Shown: positions 23,301-36,452, counted from the first letter of the stretch. The stretch is DNA of 64,000 nt from Balanoglossus misakiensis (GCA_040954595.2 CM082585.2:9660564-9724563), one strand, 5' to 3'. Notes: generated by a model from the letters alone, not told the origin. Program-made: numbers and translations.

Positions 23301-26300
23301 CAAAGTATCTGAACAGAATTTTGATATCTCAATTCATATGCAAATTAGGGCGATTTGAAAATTTTGCCCATATATGGTCATCAGGTCACGTGACTAATTA
23401 AACATTCGCGAGGGTACTGCACCAGCTCTCATTGGCCTGCACCATTGTGCTAAGTTTGAAATTGGTAGGTTCAGCTGTTCTCCAGATCTAGCTGGACAAA
23501 AAAACGACACAAGAAGAAGAAGAAGAAGAAGTAGAAGAAAAATCCCAGTAATACCAATAGGGCCCAAGCCTGCTGGGCTTGGGCCCTAAAAATAAAGCCA
23601 AAAGTTACAGCTAATGTGATGTCCCTTTAAGTCTATAAATATATTTTCTGTGCATGTCGCTATTGTGGTAGTCATAATATTCCCAGTAGCTCAACCAGGC
23701 TTATTCATATAAATTGTGCCTTGACATCCAGTGATTAAAAAGAGATAATTCCTCCCCTGGCCTTGGGACAGATTCTGTGTTCCTGTATATTGGAAATGTA
23801 AGGTGTGAGTAATATGAACACTGAATACAGTGTCTGAGCTGCTGTTGAATCCATTAAACCAGATCAGGGCGTAATATCGTTTCTTCCAGTTAACCTTTAA
23901 TTACCAACTCCTCTTTGCTAATATGTACCTAGAATTACCCTATTCATAGCATCATAGAGACTACCTTGACTAGAGCTAAAAAATAAATGCAAATAATCCT
24001 AGCACTGTTCCTGAATGTAGCAGACTAGATCGGTTTATTGAATTTACCGAGTAACAGTTTATAAATCCATGCTTCATCAACTGAGTGGTTGTGTCATTGG
24101 GGTATGACAGTCGTCATGGGTTACAAAACAACTAGCCCAGAAATATGCTGCTACTGAGAGTGTTATTGGGAAAGTAATTACCAACAGAACACGGGGAGAC
24201 AGGTGACCTATTAGACGCTGCATAGTTGCCCCCGTCATTCTGTAATGTGCCACTGTATTCCTTGACGCCTACTGATGCAATAAATCTCCCTGAGCACGAA
24301 GATCTGTTTTTTTCTTGTACCATACTGTGAGATCAGTCATTAAATGGTTGCATTCTCCGTGCTTCATAAAAAAATTTTGGTTGGAAGAAAGAGCTTGTAA
24401 AAGGATGTTTGACATTATGAGAACGTGAATTTTGTCTTCTGTAAGTGCAAGAGAAATGCTAGAAAACCCATTTCTACTACTATTGTCATTCCGTGCACAT
24501 AGTGTAGAAAAAACAATATTAAATTCAGTGATGAAATCATAAAAATCCATTGAATGCTTCATACATGATTAATTACTGTTTTATTTGTAGGCAATTCGAT
24601 CCACATTATTTGCATCAGTTCAACACACCTTTGATCAGGACTGGAGAAAAGCTACATTTACATTCCAGCCAGTGAAGTCACCTTGTCCATACGGGATCAG
24701 ATCACGCAAGGTGAGTTTGGAATGGATTCGACTTCATTCCAGCATTTTTTCACAAGTACAGGCCGTGATAAAGACAGGTCCAGTGCACTTTTAAGAGTGA
24801 CACAAAACATAATTGCTCCTTTAAAGTGTCTGATTTTTATCCCGGAAGATGTGTTGCCACAGTAAAGCTTTAGTTATCCAATGAACGTTTCAGCGTTTTA
24901 CAGCCAATAAACAGGCAGTCAGTTCTCCCCTGTGGTTTGACCGGGTCACGCGTGCACTCAGCAAATGTGGCTGGACTGATAAAGTGTCAGAGAAAAGTTC
25001 AGACGAAAGGGTTACGACCAGATAAAAAGAAATTTGCGAGGCACTGCATAGAGAGATATAACACAGAACGCAAAATAACACAAACAGAGGGCTGAGTGAT
25101 ATCTTTTTATGCTGTTTGCTGGGAAAATTCAACAAATACTGTCGTTATTTTATATGATGATTCCTGGACAGTTGCCTGTGCTATTTGTTGATTGCTGACT
25201 TGTTCGTCGAGTTCACAGTGTTATTTCTTCTTGATGTCATAGCATTTGGTAAATTCAACAAATCTGCTGCCATAATAGCTGATGTGTTTATCTCGTCTGT
25301 CAGACGTTCCATGTTCGGATGTCATTGCGATCCTCGATGTATTTACAGAATAGACGCCCTGAGTGGCAGGCAGGGTCATGGTGTTTTTGTAGGTCGTTTA
25401 ATTCTAAACTGTAAACGCAGCCAAGGTACATCAGTGACTTCTTTGTGTGGTCATGTTTCTGCCTTAATTGTTACACTTGGTTGCTATGTGCTGTTGTCAC
25501 CGCAGTTGAGCTCCAAGTCAACATGGTTATCTTTGGAAGGGATGGAGACTCATGTCGTTGCAAAAACTCGATAGAGTGCTCTTTCTTACCATATACTGTC
25601 CTCCTAAGGATATATTTTGATATACATGTATGCAATTAATAGCTATGTTAATCCCTGTCAACTTTTCTAGGATGGTACACGTGGTGTTGTATACTGTGTA
25701 CAAGGCCATGTCTTGAAACACCTCATGTTTAAAGAAGGGCTGGATTCCCCGTTGGCAACAACCATCTCTCCAACTGCAGCCCAGACGAGGTAAGCATTTT
25801 GCATCTTGAGTATTTGTTTGCATGGATGGTTTGATGTGAGGTATTTGTCATAGAACTGTGGTTTAATGTGTGATTTTTGTTTGGAGTGCACGCTAGGTTG
25901 ATTCTATAATTAGACCTGCGCAAATAATTTAATGGTTGCATTGCGATTGCTGGCAAGGTTCCAGGCACACACTGCTGCACTTGCAAATAAAAATTAAATC
26001 TGCTTCTTTCTATCCTGTGAATTTTCAGCTCCTTGACACTTAATAAATAATAAAACTTTTTAACTTCACACATATTTTATGTTTGTTTGTTGTTTTTGTG
26101 TGCGTGTGACTTTCAAAGAGCTCCTTTATTCACCAGCATAAAAATAATTTCACAAGGTGTTATTTAATTGTACAGGGTTTTATATGATGTACTGGACATT
26201 ATAAAATTGTATGTATGGTGTTTAACATGTGGTTTTGTGTGGGTTATTTAACATTATTCCAAATAATACCCTGTGCAAAATAACACCCTGCACCAACACA

Positions 26301-29300
26301 GTTACATGATTGTGCAGGGCTTTATTCAATGTACAGGACATTATCAGGTTTTTTGCATCATGTTTTGTGTGAATGGTGTTATGTGATTTTATTGTAAATA
26401 ATAAATACCCTGCTGAATAACATCTGCAGCAAATAATTTCAAGGTTATTGCCTATCCATAACTGAGTTAACTGAGTATAAAATCTGAGGAACAACATTCT
26501 CCTTCTCTCCCTTGGTGTTAATTGTGCTTATGAAGGGTATTATGGTGTAATAAATCCCAGCAGATAAAGTCCCTCAACAATGACATGTCTTGCATGTTTT
26601 ATGGCTTTGCTTGGTGTTGTTTTTTAAGGTTGGTAATCTTGTGTCAGTGCCTAAAAGTAAACCATGTTCATATAAACAGAAAATTGAGAATAAACCAGGG
26701 ATGTACCTGTTGCTAACACTACACAATACGTTTCTGAGTCTCTTATACATGCACCAGTAGATTTAAGACAATCCATCTCAAAACATGACACTTGCAAATA
26801 ATTGCGATCATACTCATCCACATTAAAAAAAAGTCAGAGATCACATTTACATTGCCGGTTGCAAAGACCACTACTAAGCTATACACTGCACCACAGACAA
26901 CCAACAGAGCTCACAGAACAAAGTCCATGGGAGAAAGATCGATATATGGACCTCTTGCAAGAAGTCATGTTTAGATGTTGCGAAAATAGTAAGCTCACCC
27001 TGCCCCGCATGTGCTTCTAGGCATTCTGTCTGTATCGCAAAATTTCGCTTCTGCGCGTGTAACAATCAGTCAAACGTTTTTACGTCTAACGGTACTTGCA
27101 GCAATTTGAAGCCAACAGAACTCGAACGGAGCAAGGCTCTGGCCACTGCTATATGTGAAATCCTGTGGCGTGCCGGGGAAGAGAAGAAGGCCGTTCTCAC
27201 ATTGCTAGGATCACATGCGCAGTTCAAAGTGGATCCTAAAGAATTTCGCACAGATGGCTTCCTAGAGAAGGTGATTATATACATATACAGTGTATCACAG
27301 TTGTCGTCACTTTAGTGACTTTTTTCAAAATTGCAATTTCTGTTACATAGACCATTCTATATTGATCTGATATCTGCTATTTCTGTCTTGAAAAGATGAG
27401 ATTATTGTCTAAGCTGATTTTTCCCGTCTCTGCATGCTGGACAACTTCCAAAACTTTCAGTTTGCATTGAATAACATTTTTTTCCCCATTTGATTTTCAC
27501 CCAACAGTTGATATTGCATGAGTTTGACGACTATGAGATACTTTACAAGTACATCAGAAGGAATATTAGTTTGGTAAGTTTCAAAATCACTTTTGAGCTC
27601 ACAACAACTGCTTTGATAAATCTACTGTTAATGTTTTATCACTACGTTATTTTGCATCTCCTGCTGTTCGGTTGTATGATATGTTTCTGTATTTGTACAG
27701 TGTGTGGAGTTGCAATATAGCAGATGTATTTTGTATCACCAAGTCTGTTAATACAAGTCTAGGTAAATCAAAATAGCATAATTGATTGGTGTCCCATCTA
27801 CCTTATTTTTTTAGTTTGAGAAAGAAGATGGAAATGGCATTTTATTATTTATATATAGTTTGATTCTCTCCAGGGACGTACATAGGTGAGTCGAAATTAC
27901 ATGTTCAACTTGGTACTTTAATGACAATATGAGTTCAAACTGGTATTTGATCGATTTATGTGGACATGAAAAAAGTTGAAGGTTGTCATTTTACTTAATC
28001 AGAACGATTATCATCTCATTCTGTTCCAGATTAGTCAATGATCTGGAAGATGAGAAGTTACTGACACCCTACGACTGGATGTCATTTGCAATGTTGAATC
28101 TCATGTTGACCGGCAAGGCCACTCCCAGAATATGCGAGGGTGCCATGAAACTGGATAAAAGGGGAGAGCCCATTGTAAGTATAGGAGTTGTCATTTCATG
28201 GGGATGATGCAGTTGGCAGGTTTATGTCAGCAAGTCACTGCAGGGACTCTGGGTCAGTTAACCCTTTCACTACCATGGTTCAGTCCAAACCCATTGTTTT
28301 CTATGGTAAGGTTGGACCTCTGTAGAGGGAACTGGGGGTGAAAGGGTTAAACACTGATCTCAGTACCTCTCTGTAGTGATTTGCACTCATCACAGAAACA
28401 GTATAGTCACATTCATTTTATATGCAAAGGAAAATATGTACTAGTCCTCATAGCGTGTCCTTTCAAACTGTTGTATCTCCAGGGCTATCCCACTCCCATG
28501 GCCAAAGGACGGAGTGACATTGGTCTACTGTATTTTGATAAAGAAGAAGACGAGAAGAAGAGAACAAAGGTAGAATATATAATACATGTACTCGAAGGAA
28601 CAAAGTCACTCCGTGTCTGACATTCTGGATAGGGTTGTTGTTTTTGTGAGAAGTTATATGTGAGTGTACCCGGTATGTATAAGACAAAAGCATATTGGCT
28701 ATTCTAGTATTTTACAGAGTTTTACTTGTGTAACATACATGTTGTTAGCAACCTGTTGTTGTTGTATTTAACCAAGTCCCATGAGATCTTGCAATGAGTG
28801 GAAAACTCTCTATTCATTATTTTTCAAACTCTCATTGTCAGGTCGGTACTGTGCTGAGAACTCCCAAGTATCCCATCTGGATGACGCACATTAACGGCAA
28901 ACTGACCGGCGTAATGTTCAGTCCCAGCCTGGATCTGATGAGTGACTGGAGACGCGAGCACCGTTTCACCCTGTATTACTACACGGGCCTGCACATGGTC
29001 AGACACGACGGTCCCATAGAGCATGCCAGACTGACTATCGGTGAGTTATGTCACCTCTTGTGTCGAAAGCCCAGACTTTTCTCAAATATGAGGCAGTGTT
29101 TTTTTACTGTAGACATGTTAAAAGGGCAAAAGATTGACTTTCATATGAAATCACAGAGTGCTTGCAGAAACATCACACACTAATCAAAATTTCTGATTGA
29201 AATTACTATAACTTTAATTACTTCATCGCTAATCACTGTGGACTTGGCACCCCTCTGTGCTCAGACAAAATTTATAATTCTTGTGGAATTGTTGATATGA

Positions 29301-29648
29301 CTTTTTTGCTCTATTCAGATACACGTGAGAAAACTGGTCTTTCACTGACGACTGTTAAAAGAGTGAGGGAAGACCAGGAAAAGAATATGCCCATCATAGA
29401 GAGAATCATATACACTAAGTAAGTTTGTGGGAAAATGGCTGTTACCGTCCCATAGTCTGTGCATATGTGCATGAGTGTGTGCATGTGTGTATATGAAGTA
29501 TCAGAATACATCAAGTCTTAAAGTCCTCGAAAGATACATAGCAGATGTGCTTTGCTTGAAATAGTGTGGTCTGACGTTTCATTTTCTTGTAATTTCCAGG
29601 TGGCCTGGTGCTGAAATCGATTGGAATGGAATGATGCCATTTATGTGA
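20368..29648 (+). CDS. MINDY4B: Inactive ubiquitin carboxyl-terminal hydrolase MINDY-4B-like (FAM188B2, DUF4205)
   Basis: 13 phase-consistent coding exons: 20368-20406, 20531-20588, 21954-22036, 24591-24710, 25671-25789, 27102-27270, 27508-27573, 27815-27885, 28030-28174, 28483-28569, 28842-29040, 29319-29418, 29600-29648 (TGA). MINDY3/4-family motifs PITIETATAIRSTLF, ALATAICEILWRAG, GILLFIYSLILSR, LNLMLTGKA, RSDIGLL, VGTVLRTPKYPIW, LMSDWRRE, TKWPGAEIDWNG. Catalytic GGPCG is replaced by DGTRG, as in MINDY4B. The two 5' exons are less certain. Confidence 0.88.
22197..22875. repeat. 238-239-bp tandem repeat, ~2.9 copies
   Basis: GATGCCAAGAT anchors at 22197, 22435 and 22674; units highly similar. 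Confidence 0.92.
23511..23538. repeat. (AAG)n microsatellite inside the HINE
   Basis: About 9 units with one interruption. Confidence 0.85.
28258..28350. mobile_element. ~93-bp MITE with TTAA flanks (piggyBac-like)
   Basis: TTAA-CCCTTTCAC ... GTGAAAGGG-TTAA; homologous copies at 49851-49943 and 14555-14613. Confidence 0.75.
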
Positions 29649-32600
29649 GAGAAGTGGTGTCTATATAGACTGAGGTGCCAAACACATCATAGAAGAGATC
29701 TCTCTCTGTCTTCATCCCATTCAATCGCACTCTCACACACGCAATATGCATTCATTCCTTCCAGTTTATCAGTCAGTTGCTTATTCTTCCTACTGTGGTG
29801 TAATGTTTTGATGCAGATGTGAAAAAATATATATTTGCAAATGTTGAAACAGACAAAAAAAACTTGAAAAATTGAAAGTTGTTATTAATGTATAATTGTT
29901 TGATGAGAGTTGTATAATATAGAATTTAGACGACTCTCTCAGTTTGAAATGATCAATCTGCAGTATGATTTTTCAGTCTTTAAAAAATGGTTTTGCCACA
30001 TCTACTCTTGTGGATGGAGATGTTTATGCCTGTGCTAGCTGTATATAACTATTTAGTTCCAAATTTCTTGAAATACGATTTCCATGTTCATAACTTTTAA
30101 AATGAATTTCTAGAGAGAGCTGTACCGTCCAAATTGTTGTCTAAACATTTACCATGACCTACCCCCAGTGTTGACAATGGAAATGCATCGAGCTACAGAA
30201 AGTTATTATTCACATTAAGAATAAACTTTGTTCTATCAGGTGATACTCAGAAACAATACTATTCATGCTGATGTTAATTGTCAATTTATTAAAAAGCAAT
30301 CTTCAAAGTAACCCGTAGCAATCATTCTAAAAATGACTGAAATTAGATAGCATATTCTTTTGTTTTGAGTATTTAATTTTTAATAAGTATTGGTGAATTT
30401 CCGTCCAATATAAATACCCTATTTTGTGGTACTTTGTTGTCTTGTCAGAGTTTTTGAGGTTTTCATTTTTAGTGGATATGTGTGCATGCTAAACGGGGAA
30501 TCTAACTTTTTACTGATCAACAGTTGCTTTGTATGTTCAGAAAGTAGAAGTCTGTCAAATCCATCCATTTAAACCAGAAGAATTTAATGAGACATTACCT
30601 TGCATGTAGAAGTCTTCCTACAAAAATTGCCATTTGTTTATCACAAAAACCGTGAGTGGGGGTCTTTATGCTAAATGCACTTTTCATGTCCTTTTGTAAG
30701 TGTTGCAATTTGCATTGTGTTTTCTGAGGGTGTTCTCTGTGGGAGCTAAGTGTTGTTGCCGTGGGTAGTGAGTGATGAAAAGGCTAGCATATTTAACAGT
30801 TCTTTAGCCGACCGACAGCTAGTTAATCTTTGACATGTTTTTCCCATATCAGTGTCTGTTGTTTGAATTATAAGCACCATTGTGTAGATGAGTTACACCT
30901 TTTCCTCGCGCTGCTTAATTGCACTCGAAAAGCAAATGTGTGTTGTGAAAATAACGGAATTGCACTTTCTTCCACTTAGTGAGTTAGGTGTGTCAAGGAT
31001 ATAGTGGGTCATTGTGACCTTCAGTTTTACTGTGAGTGGACTAGGCAATACCTGGGCGTGGAAAAGCACTGTGGTACAAAACAGGCCATGTGTGTCAGTA
31101 GACATCAACGGGGAATTTGAATATTCTCGTATGTGATTACAAGGCAACATGCAAACAATTTTACTGCAGTCGTGTGAGGCTTTGGCCTTTTCCTCTTGCA
31201 GTGTAGTTGATAGGTACGGGTCGTCTGTTCTATCAGAGAATGCCAATTTAGGGTACTGTTATCAAGCGACTTGTGCGTACAGATCATCACTGGGGATACA
31301 CTGTCGTCAGGCTGTGTAAAACAAACACAATTCGGTTCATTATCACAGCTATGCTTTTGGATTACCTTTTTGCGTAGAAACTAATCTATGCATCTTCCCC
31401 TCCCAGAGTGTACAGGTGTTTTCAGTCAAAACTGTGTACATGTACTAGACCTTAATGGTCAGATAGATTTCAAAGACTGATACCTGGCACGTACCAGTCT
31501 AAGCAAACAAGTACTGTGCTAGTTTAGAACCATCAGATCTGTAACACTCATCAATGATGGATAAAATTCGCTATGATTCAAGAAAAATTTTCATAGTACA
31601 TGCAGAGCTGACAATAAGAAATTTGTTCATCATATTGCCAAAAATTATCCACAAAACACAAGAGAAGTATCACATGTGTAATGTATAAACCCACCAACTT
31701 GCAATGATTTTAAAACGTAAATTTTTACACGGTTCAAAATTTGCCAAAAATACTTGATTGTTTTATAATTCTAGTTCTTCCAGAATATCAATTGAGCACC
31801 TTGCCAAATGACATCCTGTGACGTGCTGATTTTGCAATGAGCCACAATAAGCTCTGTATTCAGTTTTATTTGTACATAATTGTTGATGCTTTAGAGATTT
31901 GACCTTTAACACTGGACCAGACCTCAAGATCAGCCCCTTCTCGACATGCCATTTCCAGTTTCGTAGACTTCTCACGTGTCCCTTTAATGTAACACCAGCA
32001 ACTTTGTCCCTTTAATGTAATATCAGCATCTTTATGTCTTGACTCAGTGTGTCTCCCACACTACAGACTATCAACATTTTTAGAAGTATCAAATTAATGT
32101 AATTTCAGTATCTCACTTTACATGAAATTCTACGAGACATGTACATGCCAAATAAAAGTCTGTTTATTGAACCAAAGTTGGCTGTTGTCCTCTTATAGCA
32201 AGTTTGTGTTTCCAACTGAACTGCTGCAAATATGGTGTGGCTGGGGCCATGTTAATAGCCCATCGTATCACATTTTGCAGCACTTCATTTGGCACTTGGC
32301 GCCACAAATTTCACACACTGTAAGTCTGAACAGATTGCCTACAGGGCACTCTACTATGTGGATGACTGAGTTCACATTTGAACTGGTTGGTTTCCAGTGA
32401 TAACAGACTGACTGATTCAGTCGTGTGAGGGCGATCTTGTACTTGGCATCCTCTGACTGCTATTTTTTTTCATTTACCACAAATCCAGAATTTATTTTTC
32501 ACGAACTTTCCTGTCTATCAATAGAGGGCGCACATTAATACATTGATACTTTGCCTCAGCATTCCTCATTGTGTCATGTACTTGCATGTGTGCACATTTG

Positions 32601-33534
32601 TCTTTTTCCAAAGGATTACATTGCCAGAGAACTCACTTCTACTATTGTCACTTTCATGAAATTTTACACATAGCTCACTTAAATAAAATTAAATTCATGA
32701 CGGTCAAATAAAATTGCGGATAGCAATCTCATCAGGGTCTTCTCTCTGTAATCTGGGTTACTTTTATGCCAGAGATGAACTCTAACATATTCTAACTTCA
32801 CTTTACAAATGTCACACCCTTCAGCATACAGAGACATAGCTGCATGTTTCCGATAGTAAAGTGAAAGCGCATGCGCTTGTTCATTTTTCCCCTCCATTCT
32901 AGCGTCGAGATCAGTTTCTGTCAACAGCAAATCGAAGAGAGATTTTGATGACGTCAAACTCCATTCGACACTTTTTTCCCCTCGGGTTATTATTCTTGAC
33001 GCACAAATTGCAGCAACACAAGGTTCTGTGTGGTGTTGTGTGTGTGATGCCAACCACCGCTTAGCGTACGTCATCCTGAATGTGACAATGTTGACGTGGA
33101 ATTTCAAAAGCGTAGATGCCAGTGGCATAAATACTTTTAAAACTGATGCCAACAGAATTTAATAGAACACGTACGTCAAAAGGAACTGTTTGGGAATATT
33201 AAATAGCCAGAGGGGTATCAGTTGAGTTGAGGCGAATCAGTTGAGACCAAGCATAATACCTTTGCTATAAAATATAACTATCTTCAAGTAGTCAGTAATT
33301 ACAATTGTTCCTTCAGAAAAAATTATAATATTCTCTTTCCTTTTTTTTTTTTTTTTGCAAATCCTCCTCTTTATGGCTGGACAGACTATGACCACTGTGT
33401 GATTTTCCACTCTGTGTATTGGAGTCAAGTATGGAAGGATCTGTCTGAATGATCACTACCTGACAGTTTACGCCAAACCGAAGACTACAGCAACACAGTG
33501 GGTGAGCTCATTTTGTTTCGATTTTAGCACACAC

Positions 33535-33700
33535 CCCTTACAAATCATCCTATACATATCTATAGAATTCTTTAGCTTATTAAATTTCTTAACAAGTTCA
33601 CATTCTACGGATATCAGTAGATTTTGATCCCGTTTCTATAGAACGGAAATATAAAATTCTATTGAATGCTATAGAACTGTATAGAACATTTTTGTAAGGG
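33535..33700. mobile_element. ~166-bp MITE-like element with long imperfect TIRs
   Basis: CCCTTACAAA..CTATACA..TCTATAG.ATTC at the left end and its reverse complement ending TTTGTAAGGG at the right. Confidence 0.6.
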
Positions 33701-35405
33701 ATAGGTTATATATATTTGGGGGGGGGGGGGGGGGGGTAAATCTGTCCTGATAGTTATATGGGTGCATACTACACATGAAAAAGTTGACTGTAACATGAAT
33801 GAATATATTAAGCTATACACAATAGTCTCACACCCATGTATAAGCTAGCTGAGCTTCTGTACTGATTGGAATGACTATTTCTTGGAAGACCGATGTAACC
33901 CCACATTCCTGCAGGGGTCACAATTTATATATAAGCATTTTAAAAAAAACAACGCCCATCGAACTACAGATATTATCTTAGAGCTGCAAGCAAAGCCGTC
34001 TGAGATGTGCGAAAGCTTAATTCTGTACATTGTGTGTCTGCAAATAGAAAGAAAAATTGCCAAGTCGTGATTTCTAAGCCTGATTAAGCACACGTTTTGC
34101 GGAGGGGTTTACATTATTTACTGATGTCTGCCACCCCTGTGGGTGCATGTATAGCTCCTCGCAATTGAAACACAGCAACGAATGGAAAATCAATAGCAAA
34201 GGTCTTCTTGGTATCAATAAGTTATGTACCCTGTACCAGACGGACTGAACTGTAATGAACCACTGTAAGGCAAATGGCGGACACTGGTAGAGTTTTAATA
34301 CTGTTCAGAAGGTGATGTGAGGACAGATCAGATAGTCTGGTCCCTACACATCAGTGTGCCCCAATACTTATTGACTCAGCAAACTCACTGGTTTCTCAAG
34401 AAAATAATCCACAATACTTGTAAAGGTATAGGGCTAACTCGGAGGAATTTCTAGAAATCCTCAAATTATGTTTGTTAGGGGGCACACCGCTCCACATGAT
34501 ATCAATTCATCATTATTCCCCTGTTGTATTCCTCTCATACCACATCGAGGTCCCTATACGTGTACAGCGTCAGAATTGGAATGCCCCCAAGTTCGATTCG
34601 GCAGTCCATCTCAGATGAACTAAGCATGGTTCAAAATACCAAATGATCACAGATGACGTACACAGACACTGTCACAAAAAACAGGGATCTGTTCTGTCAA
34701 CACATAATTTAATCACAAGAATGACAAATGTTACAGAGAACTCAAAATTGCAACATATCAGCTGAGTTATGTTGAGAAATGTATGTTTTGGTTTGTCAGG
34801 AAAAAAATACAGGAAAGTAAGCATTGTATACAAAGCAGAGATCAGCTATAAAAATATCATAAAGACCGACTAAATCACCTTGTTAATTATACAGTGTTAT
34901 ATGACATGTAAAAATGCCAATTATGCACGAATGCCAAATCTTTACATAATAATACCATAAATTAACATATTCAAACCTTATCAATAATATTTAAATTGGA
35001 CTGAAGCCTAAAGAAGTATTCTAACTGAACAGTCATAAAGTACACAATTTTATTTAAAGAAAGAAAGTTCACATGTGTCGATCGTTCACAGACAGAGCGC
35101 ATGCGTTTGTAAATCTATCGCAATCTGTAAAGATTAAGAAGAAAGGGGTTGGTTACTATACATTTCAACAAATTGAGAGTTGCAAGTATTTGTATCAGGA
35201 CTTTGGCAGGCTTCATTGTTATAGTCTGAATGCCCACTTTTTGTAACAGTGTGCCGACGTTAGGGTGGTATAGTAAAGTAATATATGCGTAATATATATA
35301 TATATATAATATATATATAATATTAGAATATGACGCTTGATGACCAGATGTATTCAGCCGGTCATGACCGCCCTGAACAATGAATTTATTGACATTTTTT
35401 AATCA

Positions 35406-36452
35406 CTATGACATTACTCCGGATGTGTCGTTGACACTGTTTTGACAGAAGAAAGCCTTGCGCAAGGCCGCACGGAAACTCCGATACTTTATGGCATAGA
35501 TGATGGGGTTGATGCAAGAATTGCAGTACGCCATGATGACAGTAACTTCGTGAACTTTCCAGCTGAACGTGCCGAACAGGTTCATGACGTAGAACACCAT
35601 GAAATACACCTGGTTGGGTGTCCAGCAGATGACGTAGGCAAAGAACACCAAACAGAACGTTTTGAAGACGTTTTTGCGGGCGTTCTTTAATGACCCTTGC
35701 TGCGCGTGACTTGCGGAATTGCCGTGCGTGTTGGCCGGGGTGGTGTCGGCCGTCGCGGGGTTCGACGATGGTGGAGGCATGACGTGTGTGTTTAAATTTC
35801 GGCTCAAGACCAAAGCGATGTGTGAATACGCAAACGACATGAACAGTATGGGCAGCAAATACTGACATGAGAAGACATACACAGATACCGCTGTGCTCGT
35901 CAGCTTGGAGATGGACTTGCGGTAGCAAGTTCCACTTGGCGACACCTCTCTCAAGAAGAGAGCGTACATGGCTATGATGAAAGATGACAACCAGGCAACG
36001 GTGATAACCACCCGGACTTTCTTGGCTGTGAAGGTGGCGATGTATCGCAGGGGGTAGACGATGGCAAAGTACCTCTCGAATGTCAACGCAAGGAGGCTGT
36101 AGGTGGACGCCGTGAAGCACGCCCAGAGCAGGTATCTGGACTTCCAGAAGCGGCAAAGGAGCTGCCCGCCGAGACCCCGGTAACTCGCTGGCTCAACAAA
36201 GTGGTTGACGATGATCAAGAACGATGCCAGTGAATCGACCACCGCCTGGTTGAACACGAAGGCATTGGCGATGGTCTGCAGAGTCTTGACGCGGTAGATG
36301 ACAAAACAGACTAGCAGGTTGTCCACCATGCCGATCAGGGATATGGACAGGATGATTTTCTGGAAAGTGTCGCCAAATATGTACGTACCGCCACCTGAAG
36401 CAGTAACATTCGAGTCCCCCTGTAAAACGCTGCCGTTTGACACCGCATTCAT
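35406..36452 (-). CDS. Rhodopsin-class (class A) GPCR, galanin/allatostatin-A/somatostatin-receptor-like orphan, 348 aa, intronless CDS
   Basis: Seven hydrophobic segments; GMVDNLLV, NQAVVD, LC in TM3, ERYFAIVYP, YLLP, CWTP, NSCINPIIY, FR helix 8; N-terminal NGS/NVT sequons. Likely ATG at 36452. An acceptor at 36482 and a donor at 36769 indicate a spliced 5' UTR. Confidence 0.93.
   Translation of the reverse strand: MNAVSNGSVLQGDSNVTASGGGTYIFGDTFQKIILSISLIGMVDNLLVCFVIYRVKTLQTIANAFVFNQAVVDSLASFLIIVNHFVEPASYRGLGGQLLCRFWKSRYLLWACFTASTYSLLALTFERYFAIVYPLRYIATFTAKKVRVVITVAWLSSFIIAMYALFLREVSPSGTCYRKSISKLTSTAVSVYVFSCQYLLPILFMSFAYSHIALVLSRNLNTHVMPPPSSNPATADTTPANTHGNSASHAQQGSLKNARKNVFKTFCLVFFAYVICWTPNQVYFMVFYVMNLFGTFSWKVHEVTVIMAYCNSCINPIIYAIKYRSFRAALRKAFFCQNSVNDTSGVMS

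Larger units (their letters stand above)
22120..23590 (-). mobile_element. Non-autonomous Helentron-associated element (HINE / DINE-1-like) with internal tandem repeats
   Basis: Read on the - strand: TT, subTIR plus adjacent inverted copy (13-bp hairpin TAGGGCCCAAGCC-tgctg-GGCTTGGGCCCTA, 23558-23588), (CTT)n microsatellite, unique core, ~2.9 x 238-bp repeats, second subTIR GGGCCCAAGCC (22144-22154), terminal stem-loop GCTGCAAGCAGC (22126-22137). No TSD; A/T-run flanks. Lies in the third coding-region intron of MINDY4B. Confidence 0.8.

Noticed and set aside
31977-32034. 28-bp tandem duplication TGTCCCTTTAATGTAA..CAGCA
   Set aside because: Two copies only; ordinary slippage duplication.
30893-33152. 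117-aa and 157-aa minus-strand ORFs in the MINDY4B-GPCR interval
   Set aside because: No family motifs and no chain of phase-compatible exons found.
6899-33736. Poly-C/poly-G runs (6899, 7349, 12955, 33718) as functional G-quadruplexes
   Set aside because: Simple homopolymers in non-coding DNA with no other support; lengths are unreliable in assemblies.
35386-36156. 256-aa ORF overlapping the GPCR in another frame
   Set aside because: No recognisable motifs; expected by-product of GC-rich codon usage.
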